Shown here: piece by piece, positions 47,170 through 55,520 of the stretch
How positions within the stretch are numbered: the stretch's first letter is position 1
How the letters are laid out: every line of letters starts with the position of its first letter
NCBI GenBank assembly: GCA_023380755.1
Contig: JAMCSD010000006.1
Span: 120,385-184,384 of the forward strand
Length of the DNA stretch: 64,000 nt
Reading direction: 5' to 3'
Source of the DNA: Patescibacteria group bacterium
GTDB taxonomy: Bacteria > Patescibacteriota > Microgenomatia > UBA12405
Position numbers and translations under genes: made by a program
The notes under the pieces: model-generated
Seen by the model: the letters and a program-made list of their open reading frames with translations, nothing else
Told to the model about the DNA's origin: nothing
Databases searched by the model: none

Positions 47170-47222
47170 GAGTATTTCGTCCTTTCGGACTCATCGGGTC
47201 TGACACTCATCAGACGATACTC
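47170..47222 (-). ncRNA. Hammerhead-ribozyme-like motif (type III topology) in the intercistronic leader
   Basis: The minus-strand RNA reads GAGUAUC / GUCUGA-UGAGUG-UCAGAC / CCGAUGA / GUCC-GAAA-GGAC / GAAA / UACUC. It has stem III from its two ends, a stem I hairpin, a stem II hairpin GUCC-GAAA-GGAC, the GAAA core and an NUH site (AUC). It deviates from the core only at position 4 (C instead of U). A perfect CUGAUGAG copy also occurs in loop I. Confidence 0.4.
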
Positions 47223-47310
47223 ACCCCACACCTCGACCCCGAGACCAAAAAACTTGAAACCGCACGAGGGCTTCTTGTCTTTTGGTCTCTGTAGGCCGGG
47301 TGTTTAGAGC

Positions 47311-48585
47311 TTAGCTAGTGCGCGGATCGAAGTCCAACTTGACCCACTTACCGTTAACGAACATTTCAAACCACTTGTCCGCGACGAAGTCGTCATGGAC
47401 GTAATGACTCGAATCATGGCGGGGATCAGGGTCCCACACACGGCGAAGGTCACGATCCTCCAAGTTCGTCCCGCCCCATTCGAGGTGAGCCGGAAAAGGA
47501 TTCTTGCCTTCACGGTCCGAATGCTGCAGGAAGACCCGCATTTCCACGTCACCACTTCGGGCCATTTCCGTGAGCATTCGACGGAAGAGGGTGTAGCGGG
47601 TCCAGTAAATCGTGTGCTCTGCGGGAGACTCAACAAACACAATCCGTTCATCGCGAACCGGAGGTCGTAAGCCTTTGCCGGCAGGGAGTAGCTTCCAGAC
47701 CAGACGATTGTTCTCGAAGGCCATGGTCAAACCATTGGCCATCCACACCATTATCGAAACGGTCGCTTCACCATTCCAGTACTCCGCCTCCCCAGCCGTC
47801 AGGTTCCACTTGGCGACCCGAGCCGTATGCAGCTCTGCAAAGTCAACCTCTCTCGATGGCGAAGTGGCGGCTTTTGTCTTCGGTTCCTCGGTCTGAGCCT
47901 GTTGGCTTGCTCGCTTGGCGGCGATTTGGGCATCGCTCCATTCGGTCTCCAAGCACCAAGGCTTAGCCCGCAACACCGGATTGCCATTTCGGTCCGTGGT
48001 GTCGATGACGATGAACTTGACACCAGTGCCGACTCGGGGCGCATAATCCAACAAGCTAGGTGTCCAGGTTACTGACCCGTCGGCGCCCAAGGTGGGTAAG
48101 CCATGGTCATTCTGGTCGAAGAACACCTCATCGTTGGCGCTATTTACGTTGAAGAAACCCTGGGACATCCAGTGGAACGGGTACTTGAGTACCTTACCAT
48201 CGATTATGCCCCGAGGCGTTGTCGTCGCCGAGAGCGGCTGCTCCTTGGCCCAATCATAGTTTTTCTCAAAAGCCCAGAGTATTGCCGGCCGTCGATTGCC
48301 TTCTTCGGGCTTTTCGTCGCTGGCGATAAAGACTATCTGGTCACCAACTCTTGGCTCTGGTAGTACGTCATCAGGAAAGCTCGAGGGAACCCATTCCAGG
48401 TGATCGGCGACGGGGCGGATAAAGTAGCCCGCATTCCGGTGAATGAAGAATTCCTCCGGCATGCCGTCAGGTCCTTTGCTAATAGCATACCCAAAGTGTC
48501 GTCCGATGTTGTTCCAGCGGACAATACGTCCCACCTTCAAACCGTCGGTGCTGAACCACAAACTCTGCGGTTGATTCCTGCTCAT
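47311..48585 (-). CDS. Protein with N-terminal cold-shock domain followed by further OB-like segments and a long unknown C-terminal region (424 aa)
   Basis: Residues 18-55 (GRIVRWNNIGRHFGYAISKGPDGMPEEFFIHRNAG) match the CSD signature (GxVKWFNxxKGFGFI...DxFVH). AAAAGGAGA ribosome-binding site. GC-rich codon usage that is atypical for the window. Confidence 0.5.
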   Translation of the reverse strand: MSRNQPQSLWFSTDGLKVGRIVRWNNIGRHFGYAISKGPDGMPEEFFIHRNAGYFIRPVADHLEWVPSSFPDDVLPEPRVGDQIVFIASDEKPEEGNRRPAILWAFEKNYDWAKEQPLSATTTPRGIIDGKVLKYPFHWMSQGFFNVNSANDEVFFDQNDHGLPTLGADGSVTWTPSLLDYAPRVGTGVKFIVIDTTDRNGNPVLRAKPWCLETEWSDAQIAAKRASQQAQTEEPKTKAATSPSREVDFAELHTARVAKWNLTAGEAEYWNGEATVSIMVWMANGLTMAFENNRLVWKLLPAGKGLRPPVRDERIVFVESPAEHTIYWTRYTLFRRMLTEMARSGDVEMRVFLQHSDREGKNPFPAHLEWGGTNLEDRDLRRVWDPDPRHDSSHYVHDDFVADKWFEMFVNGKWVKLDFDPRTS

Positions 48586-48783
48586 CGGAAAGTCTCCTTT
48601 TTACGAACAAAGTTTACGAACATTTTGGTCACAATGACCTATCTGTCCCGACGTGACGTCGGGATACATAGGCCACTGCGACCTTAACTTAAGCTCTATA
48701 GGGTGTTAAAGAACTATTTGGAATATCCAAATATGTTATTATTATCTCACATTATAGGATAAAAATCAAACCCTGTTATATAA

Positions 48784-49692
48784 TTAACCATCAAAGTTTT
48801 ACTGTTAACCGCTGCCACTCTGATTGCCCTTTTTTATCTTAAGTTGTTTATTCCCGCCTCGGTCACTGCCCCGACCCAACCCCGGCCGTCACCCACTCTC
48901 ACTCCGACTCCCATCCCTAGCCCTACCTCTACTCCCACCCCGCTACCTACGTCCACCCCCCGTCCGACTCCTCGCCCTTCGCCCTCCGTAGTTTCAACAA
49001 AGGAGGGTCCCAAAACCGGCCAATCCGTCACCATCGATAGCGGCACCTTCACTGTCAACGTTATTTCAGCTAATTTAAATGACACCAAGGTAGTGGTGGA
49101 TACCGCCTCCGACTCCGATTGTGCCAACAACTGCCCGGTCAAATCTTTGGCTGAATTTGCCCAAAGGCGTGGCGCTATTGCTGCCATCAATGGGCCTTAT
49201 TTTTGCCCCGGAAGTTATCCCGCCTGTGCCGGCAAAACTAACTCCTTCGATACCCTCCTGATGAATCTCAACAAAACCTACTTTAATTCCAATAATAATG
49301 TTTACAGCCAAAACCCGGTCGCCATCTTTTCGGCTACTTCCCGTTTTGTCGCCGCTGGCCAGGAGTGGGGGAGAGATACTTCGGTAGATTCCGTCATTAT
49401 GAGCCGGCCCCTTTTAGTCTTTAATAACGAAGTCAAATTTTTTGGTAATGGTGACTCCAAGGAAACGGAAAAAGTCAGCCGGGCTTTTATTGGCGCCACC
49501 GGCTCGACAGTTTATATCGGCGTGGTTTACACTGCTTCGGTCGCCGACATGGCCAAAGTTTTACAAAAAATGGGTATCCAAAATGCCCTTAATTTAGACA
49601 GCTCTGGCTCCCTGGCTTTCTGGGCCAATGGCCGCTATCTCGCCGGTCCCGGCCGCAATACTCCTTTTGGCATTCTTTTAGTCAAGCGCTAA
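48784..49692 (+). CDS. Secreted phosphodiester-glycosidase-family (DUF2233/NAGPA-like) protein with Pro/Thr-rich linker
   Basis: The hallmark ALNLDSSGS (compare NLDGGGS) and AINGPYF (compare INGGFF) motifs are present. The track start (TTG at 48844) is probably too far downstream, because the in-frame upstream extension from 48784 encodes a signal/TM segment LLLTAATLIALFYL. Confidence 0.5.
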   Translation, partial: LTIKVLLLTAATLIALFYLKLFIPASVTAPTQPRPSPTLTPTPIPSPTSTPTPLPTSTPRPTPRPSPSVVSTKEGPKTGQSVTIDSGTFTVNVISANLNDTKVVVDTASDSDCANNCPVKSLAEFAQRRGAIAAINGPYFCPGSYPACAGKTNSFDTLLMNLNKTYFNSNNNVYSQNPVAIFSATSRFVAAGQEWGRDTSVDSVIMSRPLLVFNNEVKFFGNGDSKETEKVSRAFIGATGSTVYIGVVYTASVADMAKVLQKMGIQNALNLDSSGSLAFWANGRYLAGPGRNTPFGILLVKR

Positions 49693-49700
49693 TTGATCTC

Positions 49701-49994
49701 TTGTCCTTTCGGGTTTTATTCGGGTATACTTATCTTATGAATCTCAAGGTCGATGTCCCGGTTGCCGTTACCTTATTATACGAGCCCAAAGGGGCCAAAA
49801 TCTGCCCTTTGGCCGTTCGCTGGGATGGCCGGGTTTACCGGATTAGCAAATTAGGCTTGCACCACACCTTCCGTGAGGGCCGCACCCTTTACCATGTTTT
49901 TTCCGTGGCTTCGGAAACCGCCTTTTTTCGTTTAGTTTTAAACACCGACAACTTATTTTGGCGCCTAACGGAGGTCTCTGATGGTGAATCCTAA
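49701..49994 (+). CDS. Small hypothetical protein translationally coupled to the Y-family polymerase (possible accessory factor)
   Basis: It overlaps the downstream polymerase gene by 14 nt. An ATG at 49737 is an alternative start. No recognised motif. Confidence 0.4.
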   Translation: MSFRVLFGYTYLMNLKVDVPVAVTLLYEPKGAKICPLAVRWDGRVYRISKLGLHHTFREGRTLYHVFSVASETAFFRLVLNTDNLFWRLTEVSDGES

Positions 49995-51249
49995 GCCGGT
50001 CATTGGACTGCCCTTCAACCAAAAGCCTTCCACCCTGCTCCATATCGACCTTAATTCCTGCTTTGCCACCATTGAGCAGCAGGCCAATCCCTTGCTCCGC
50101 GGCCGGCCCATTGCCGTGGCGGCCTACACTACTCCTTCCGGCTGTATCTTGGCCCCATCGGTGGAGGCCAAACGCCTCGGCGTTAAGGTCGGCATGCGGG
50201 TCAAAGAGGGGAAACTCTTGTGTCCGGACCTCCAAATCCTTGGCCCCGACCCCTGGAAATACCGCAATATTCATCTCCAGCTGAAGACCCTCCTTTCCCA
50301 ATACAGTGCCTCTGTAGTCCCTAAATCCATTGATGAATTTGTCGTCGACCTGGAGGGTTACCCCAGTTTTCAGTGGGGGGTTCAGACCGCCGCCCAAACT
50401 ATCAAAAATCGCATTAAACAGGAAATTGGCGACTGGCTGACGGTTTCCGTCGGCATCGGCCCCAACCGTTTTTTGGCCAAACTCGCCGCTGGCCTCAAAA
50501 AACCCGATGGCCTGGAAGAAATTAACTGCCAAAATTATTCTGATGTTTATCGCCACTTAACTTTAATGGATATTACCGGCATTAAAAAGGCCAATACTGC
50601 CCGCCTTAATTCTGTCGGCGTCTATACCGTCCTCGATTTTTACCGCGCCCCGGTTTCCGCTCTGCGCTCGGCTTTTCATTCTATTAACGGCTATTACTGG
50701 TACTTGCGCCTCCGTGGCTGGGAGATTGATGACGTAGATTTCGGCCGTAAAAGCTTTGGCAACATGTATTCTTTGCCGGAAACCAAAACTACTCCCGAGG
50801 AGCTTTCTCCCATTCTTCACAAACTGGTGGAAAAGTCGTCTGAGCGCATGCGGAGTGCTGGCTACTTTGCCCGCGGCGTCCATGTGGCCCTCCTTTATCG
50901 TGACCATTCTTTTTGGCATCATGGCCATGTCAGCCACGATCTCCTTTACGACCCCCGCGACGTTTACAAATCTGCCTTTCGCATTTTAACCGCCGCTCCC
51001 TACCGCAAACCGGTGGCCAACCTCGCCATTTCTTGTTTTGATTTACAAAAGACTGCCACCTGCCAACTCGATCTTTTCCGTGACCTTAATCGGCAAACCC
51101 GGTTGGTTGATGCTATTGATGATGTCAACCAGCGTTGGGGTAGCTTTGTCATTACTCCGGCGGCCATGTTGGCTGCCCGCGACCTGGTTCCCGACCGGAT
51201 TGCCTTTGGTGGCGTCAAAGAATTAGAGCAGTATATTTTGGCAAAATAA
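49981..51249 (+). CDS. Y-family DNA polymerase (DinB/UmuC-like)
   Basis: LLHIDLNSCFATIEQ (compare HVDMDCFFAAVE) and the catalytic SIDEFVVDLEG motif are present, with a C-terminal little-finger region. Confidence 0.75.
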   Translation: MVNPKPVIGLPFNQKPSTLLHIDLNSCFATIEQQANPLLRGRPIAVAAYTTPSGCILAPSVEAKRLGVKVGMRVKEGKLLCPDLQILGPDPWKYRNIHLQLKTLLSQYSASVVPKSIDEFVVDLEGYPSFQWGVQTAAQTIKNRIKQEIGDWLTVSVGIGPNRFLAKLAAGLKKPDGLEEINCQNYSDVYRHLTLMDITGIKKANTARLNSVGVYTVLDFYRAPVSALRSAFHSINGYYWYLRLRGWEIDDVDFGRKSFGNMYSLPETKTTPEELSPILHKLVEKSSERMRSAGYFARGVHVALLYRDHSFWHHGHVSHDLLYDPRDVYKSAFRILTAAPYRKPVANLAISCFDLQKTATCQLDLFRDLNRQTRLVDAIDDVNQRWGSFVITPAAMLAARDLVPDRIAFGGVKELEQYILAK

Positions 51250-51317
51250 CCCGATTTTGTGAGATAATACTCCGTCTTTTGATTTCGCACTTTCACATAC
51301 TAAGGAAGGTTATTTGT

Positions 51318-51731
51318 ATGTTGCAACAACTACTGTTCGCCACCCCCGATCGTCGCCAAACCGGTCAACTTTATTACTTAGCTTACAATTTGCCGGGAAA
51401 TCATATCTTTTTCACCGTTACAAAAAATGAGATAGTTGGAGTTGATTTTCGTGCTTTTGCCGTTGCTCAAATTAAAAGTGATCTAAAAATTCCTGAGTAC
51501 GCTCTCAACTACTTCTACTTTGAAATCTGTACTCACCGACTCTACCCAGAACTTCAATCAGGCGAATATCGGGTCAATATTTGTGTCCCCAGTCAACGAC
51601 ATGGTCGAAACATGGTCGACGTCTATCCGTTTACGAGTACTCTTACTCAAGGTCCGCTCACTTTCAACACCCACACCTTGTGGACGCTACCATTCGAAGT
51701 GACAAAAGAGTTTGCTGAGTTTATTGCCTAA
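51318..51731 (+). CDS. Hypothetical protein, paralog 1 of an unknown family
   Basis: AAGGAAGG ribosome-binding site. It shares motifs with the next gene (LWTLPFEVTKEFAEFI versus LWQLPKAVLHEFRTYI, and SGEYRVNICVPSQRH versus PGEYEAYYVFCQRRN). Confidence 0.45.
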   Translation: MLQQLLFATPDRRQTGQLYYLAYNLPGNHIFFTVTKNEIVGVDFRAFAVAQIKSDLKIPEYALNYFYFEICTHRLYPELQSGEYRVNICVPSQRHGRNMVDVYPFTSTLTQGPLTFNTHTLWTLPFEVTKEFAEFIA

Positions 51732-51739
51732 GGAGTCAC

Positions 51740-52369
51740 ATGAGAATCATTAAATCGGAGCTTCTGCCGGCTAATGCCAGCCTTGTGGTTTACAGCCGCT
51801 ACCTCGATCAAATTTTCTTTACTGGCTTGTCCCCCTTTGGCCGGGCCATGTCCACGGTCAATCAAGCCGAAGAAATTATCATTGCTCTTTGCCAGCAGGA
51901 AAGGCTTGATCTTCACGGCACGATGTTTTTTGACCTCCGGACCCATCTTCAATATGACTATTTGCGCCCCGGAGAGTATGAAGCTTATTATGTTTTTTGC
52001 CAGCGCCGCAATCTCCACGTTAGCCTCCACTGGCAGCTTATGTCAGCTAACACCGACCGCTTTAAAACCCGTGACCTTTGGCAACTTCCTAAGGCCGTTC
52101 TCCATGAATTTCGTACCTACATCTTTGCTCCCCGCTGGGGTGAGGAAGTGACCCTCAACCTCGTCGATTGGATTGCCGGACTGACTCCCGATGAAGTTGA
52201 AAAGGAAATAAATACTCTCGTCCAGTCTGCCAATCTGCAACTCCAACCATCGGATAAAGAAACCACTGCTATCCAGTTGCGGCTCGCCCTGCGCCATTTT
52301 TTCGAAAATCCCTCACGTTACTCTCATTTACCTACCGTTTCGGCAGCCTTAGCCCCGATCCCTCTTTAG
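51740..52369 (+). CDS. Hypothetical protein, paralog 2 of the same unknown family
   Basis: See paralog 1. Tandem arrangement with an 8-nt intergenic gap. Confidence 0.45.
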   Translation: MRIIKSELLPANASLVVYSRYLDQIFFTGLSPFGRAMSTVNQAEEIIIALCQQERLDLHGTMFFDLRTHLQYDYLRPGEYEAYYVFCQRRNLHVSLHWQLMSANTDRFKTRDLWQLPKAVLHEFRTYIFAPRWGEEVTLNLVDWIAGLTPDEVEKEINTLVQSANLQLQPSDKETTAIQLRLALRHFFENPSRYSHLPTVSAALAPIPL

Positions 52370-52578
52370 TGGCCGCCGCGACTCAACCATCACCTTCCTT
52401 GTTGTAAAAATGCCCCGCCGCCTTCGGTCATACTGGTTCGTTTCTACCACAGAAACAACAACCCTAAAACCGAAGCAGCGGGGCAAAAACAAATCCGATT
52501 TTCCCGTAATACTAACCATCCTATAATATTGATTTTTCCCTTAATTTCTGATATTATCCACACTCGATAGTAAGAAAT

Positions 52579-52600
52579 GCCTCTCTGCGAGGCTTTTTTC
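52579..52600 (+). terminator. Rho-independent terminator
   Basis: Stem gcctc-tctgc-gaggc followed by tttttt. Confidence 0.5.
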
Positions 52601-52723
52601 TTGCTTTATTTTTGTACTTTAACAACCCGAGAGTATTTACACCTAACTTTGGAATGATGCGTTCGCTGTGCCCCGCTACCGCGGGATAGAGTGAACGTAT
52701 CAATCTACAAAGGAAGGTTAATC

Positions 52724-54445
52724 ATGTTTACCCGCCAGTTTCGTTTTTTACCGTTAGCCGTATACATTATCATTCTGTCTGCCTGCGCTACGTCCGTTGC
52801 GGTTACCGGTAGCGGTACTCCCATGGAGTATCTTTACGATCAGGTCTCGCAAGGGACACTCGCTGCCTGGGGTTTTGCCCACCTCGTGGTGCCTATACTC
52901 TGGGCTTGTGTGGTCGGTGTCGTTCTTGGCGCCTTCACCAATAAAGGCGTTGGTTTTATTGCCGGTATTGTTGTCGCGGTTGGTATCTTTATTTTCATGT
53001 CTGGTGATATCAACAATCGTGCTGATGCCCAGGGCATTCATGCCATGACTGCTGGTTTCGACCAAGCCAAGACTAATAAAGCCAATGTCTACATCGAAGT
53101 TTTGCATGTTCCGATAGTGGCTGCCACGGTTCAAACCCGCTCTTGCCGCTCCTCCATCAATTCCTCGACAGGTTGCGGTCCCTATGAATGGAGCCACGAA
53201 GTTAATCCTCATAAGTGCAACTGCACCTGCACCAGCAAGACCAAAAGTGGAACTTGTCTTAGTGAATCCTGTAACACCTGTTGGGATACAGAATACGTTC
53301 CGTACTTTAACCAGCTCGATCAGTATGCCATACGTGTTCGGATGATGGACTCGCTAGCTAATTCCGAAACGGGACTCACCAAAGATCCCAACACCAAGGA
53401 TTGCCCGACGCGTATCCTCTCCGATCATTGGATGGTACCGCCTGACTATAACAGTCACTGGTATGGAGGCAGCCGCTATCAGGTTAAAGCATCCGACTAC
53501 ACCCCACCCGCTGATTGGACTTTGTACTCCAACGCCTTGAAAAACAACACCATTCCTTTGGCGAATGTCTATCACCAGTATACTAATTGGACCTTCGCCT
53601 CCGACGCTACGGTCTACCGACAGACGCAAAACAATGTCGCTACCTACCAAAAAGCCGGACTCTTGCCGACTATGAATACCATATATAGTCGCCTTGGTCA
53701 GGGCTGGCCGGCGGCTTACGACTTTGTCCAATTCGTTGGTGGCCTCCATGTACCCCAGGATCAATACCAAGCTTGGCAAGATCTCGCGAGCACCTTCAGT
53801 ACCTTCTTTGGCAATGACCGCCAAGGTTCACTTGAGTTGGTCTTTGCGCCGAAGACTGCTGTTGATTCGCTGGGTACGGTCGATCTTTGGGCCGATACCA
53901 TCAGGGCTGCTTATTCTGCCAAGGGTGCTTGGGACTTTAGCCTCAACGGCCAAAAACTCCAGCGGCTAATGCCCAAGAACATGTTCATCATCGCCTGCGA
54001 AGTGGACGGCAACACCATCCCCGCCGCTGGCTGTCGTTTCCGCACCGGAATGCCTCAAGGCAACGAGCAAGTCATTGATGACTTTGCTACCGGTCGGCCG
54101 ACCCAACTTCTGAACATGACCTTCGCGCCAGTAAGCTTCTTTGGTGATCTTAAAGCCGTCCCGGCTCCCGGTAAAGACGGTTTCCCGGTGGTCAAATTAC
54201 AGCGAGACGGCAATCATCCGATTGATCTTCTCTTGCGCGATGACCCCGCCGGTGTTCGTCGTATCAGTATGAAAGGGTACGATTATCTGAAAGCGGATAT
54301 CACCTTGGACCAGTCAGAAATGACGGCCTTGGTTAACGCCGAGATTAAGGTCCAATCCGATGCCGCCCTCGTCTCAATAATCATCCCGATCGTGGCTTTA
54401 GTCATTGTCGGATTTGGTTTGGTTGCTATCAAGAGTCAGAGTTAA
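52724..54445 (+). CDS. Large Cys-rich membrane/surface protein (N-terminal lipobox-like signal, TM segments, Cys-rich extracytoplasmic domain, C-terminal TM anchor)
   Basis: AAGGAAGG ribosome-binding site before the ATG at 52724. Lipobox-like IILSAC, two further TM helices, a cysteine cluster (CRSSINSSTGCGPYEW...CNCTCTSKTKSGTCLSESCNTCW) and a C-terminal TM helix. Confidence 0.5.
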   Translation: MFTRQFRFLPLAVYIIILSACATSVAVTGSGTPMEYLYDQVSQGTLAAWGFAHLVVPILWACVVGVVLGAFTNKGVGFIAGIVVAVGIFIFMSGDINNRADAQGIHAMTAGFDQAKTNKANVYIEVLHVPIVAATVQTRSCRSSINSSTGCGPYEWSHEVNPHKCNCTCTSKTKSGTCLSESCNTCWDTEYVPYFNQLDQYAIRVRMMDSLANSETGLTKDPNTKDCPTRILSDHWMVPPDYNSHWYGGSRYQVKASDYTPPADWTLYSNALKNNTIPLANVYHQYTNWTFASDATVYRQTQNNVATYQKAGLLPTMNTIYSRLGQGWPAAYDFVQFVGGLHVPQDQYQAWQDLASTFSTFFGNDRQGSLELVFAPKTAVDSLGTVDLWADTIRAAYSAKGAWDFSLNGQKLQRLMPKNMFIIACEVDGNTIPAAGCRFRTGMPQGNEQVIDDFATGRPTQLLNMTFAPVSFFGDLKAVPAPGKDGFPVVKLQRDGNHPIDLLLRDDPAGVRRISMKGYDYLKADITLDQSEMTALVNAEIKVQSDAALVSIIIPIVALVIVGFGLVAIKSQS

Positions 54446-54465
54446 GTAATCGGAGGTAAAAACAC

Positions 54466-55446
54466 ATGAACCGCAAGAATAGTTTGACCCTGTTTGCCCT
54501 TTCGCTCGTCATCGCTTTGCTCGCTGCCTGTGGCTCTCCGGCTCAAACCGCCCTCGGTTTGTCCGCTGGTTTGAAAACCGCTTATATAGAAGCGGATACG
54601 GTCTACAGTCAGCTAGTCACCCAAGAAACCACCATCGACGCCGATTACCAAGTCTGGATGGAATCGTACAGTACGATGTTGGCTGGTGCCGGGGATCAGC
54701 TCACGCTGGTCAACCAGTGCTTCAGCAACACCGCCACAGTGATTGCCCAGGCAGCTAATAGCGTTTTCTCCAAGGATGCCAACGGTAACCCCGTTTCGGC
54801 AGCCGATGAAAACAAGGCCTTCATCAATGCCTTAGGTACGGGTGGCTCACTTTATGCCGGGAACGTTGACAAATGCCAGCAAGCCGCCTTGGATCTTATG
54901 TCCTATGTCCGCGTCAAGCGTGACAGCTTGCTTGGTGCTCGGACCAAGATCATTGACGAACTTCGTGCCTACGACTTGAGCCAGGTACGCAATCTCAAAA
55001 TTGCCACGGTGATGCACTTCTACAACCAGTACGGGCCTGAACTGGCACAACTGGAACAGAAGGGCGAAACCGCCCTCCTCGATGCGGTCGCTTCCGGTGC
55101 CGGCCTCCAGCCGATGCCGATTACCTTCATTGGTTTTCCGACTTCGGCGTTGAAGGTTGAGTCCCGCAGTCAGGATATCTGTTCGTATTATTACGGCCTG
55201 TATACCGGCGAAACCAAGACGCCCCAGAATCGGAATAAGGAGTTGTACTTAACGGATGACTGGAATCCGGCTTTAAAGAGCTGTCAGCTCTATCGTTACT
55301 CGGCTTATGAGTACATGAGCCGGGCGTTCCTGACTCAGCAAGCCTCAGTCCGCATTGATTGTGGACAAGATGCCGGAATTCAGGACAAAATGAATCCCGA
55401 TTGCACCGTCTCTTCACCGACCGCCGAACCCACCAAGACCAAGTAA
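54466..55446 (+). CDS. Lipoprotein, hypothetical (326 aa)
   Basis: Signal peptide with lipobox LLAACGSP, immediately downstream of the Cys-rich protein. Confidence 0.5.
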   Translation: MNRKNSLTLFALSLVIALLAACGSPAQTALGLSAGLKTAYIEADTVYSQLVTQETTIDADYQVWMESYSTMLAGAGDQLTLVNQCFSNTATVIAQAANSVFSKDANGNPVSAADENKAFINALGTGGSLYAGNVDKCQQAALDLMSYVRVKRDSLLGARTKIIDELRAYDLSQVRNLKIATVMHFYNQYGPELAQLEQKGETALLDAVASGAGLQPMPITFIGFPTSALKVESRSQDICSYYYGLYTGETKTPQNRNKELYLTDDWNPALKSCQLYRYSAYEYMSRAFLTQQASVRIDCGQDAGIQDKMNPDCTVSSPTAEPTKTK

Positions 55447-55457
55447 ATACTCTCGCT

Positions 55458-55520
55458 CACTAGCGCTCGACCTGAAGGGGTTTTCCTTTCGAGAACCCCT
55501 TCTCTTTGACCGCGCTAGTG
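55458..55520 (+). terminator. Nested double-hairpin terminator-like element
   Basis: An outer 9-bp stem cactagcgc/gcgctagtg encloses an inner hairpin gaaggggtt/aaccccttc. Confidence 0.4.

Noticed and set aside
47170-47222. Alternative reading of the hammerhead-like element using the upstream CUGAUGAG as the catalytic core
   Set aside because: That reading leaves no stem I and an implausible stem II. The type III fold using CCGAUGA fits all helices, so the CUGAUGAG copy is noted only as a loop sequence.
48601-48625. LexA/Cheo-box (CGAAC-N4-GTTCG) upstream of the cold-shock-domain gene
   Set aside because: The half-sites do not form the required inverted repeat. Only direct repeats of GTTCGTAAA are present.
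52416-52497. Possible small SRP (4.5S) RNA, because of a GAAGCAGC string in a long hairpin
   Set aside because: No GNRA tetraloop or AGGAAGCAGCC domain-IV context is present. The similarity is limited to one hexamer.
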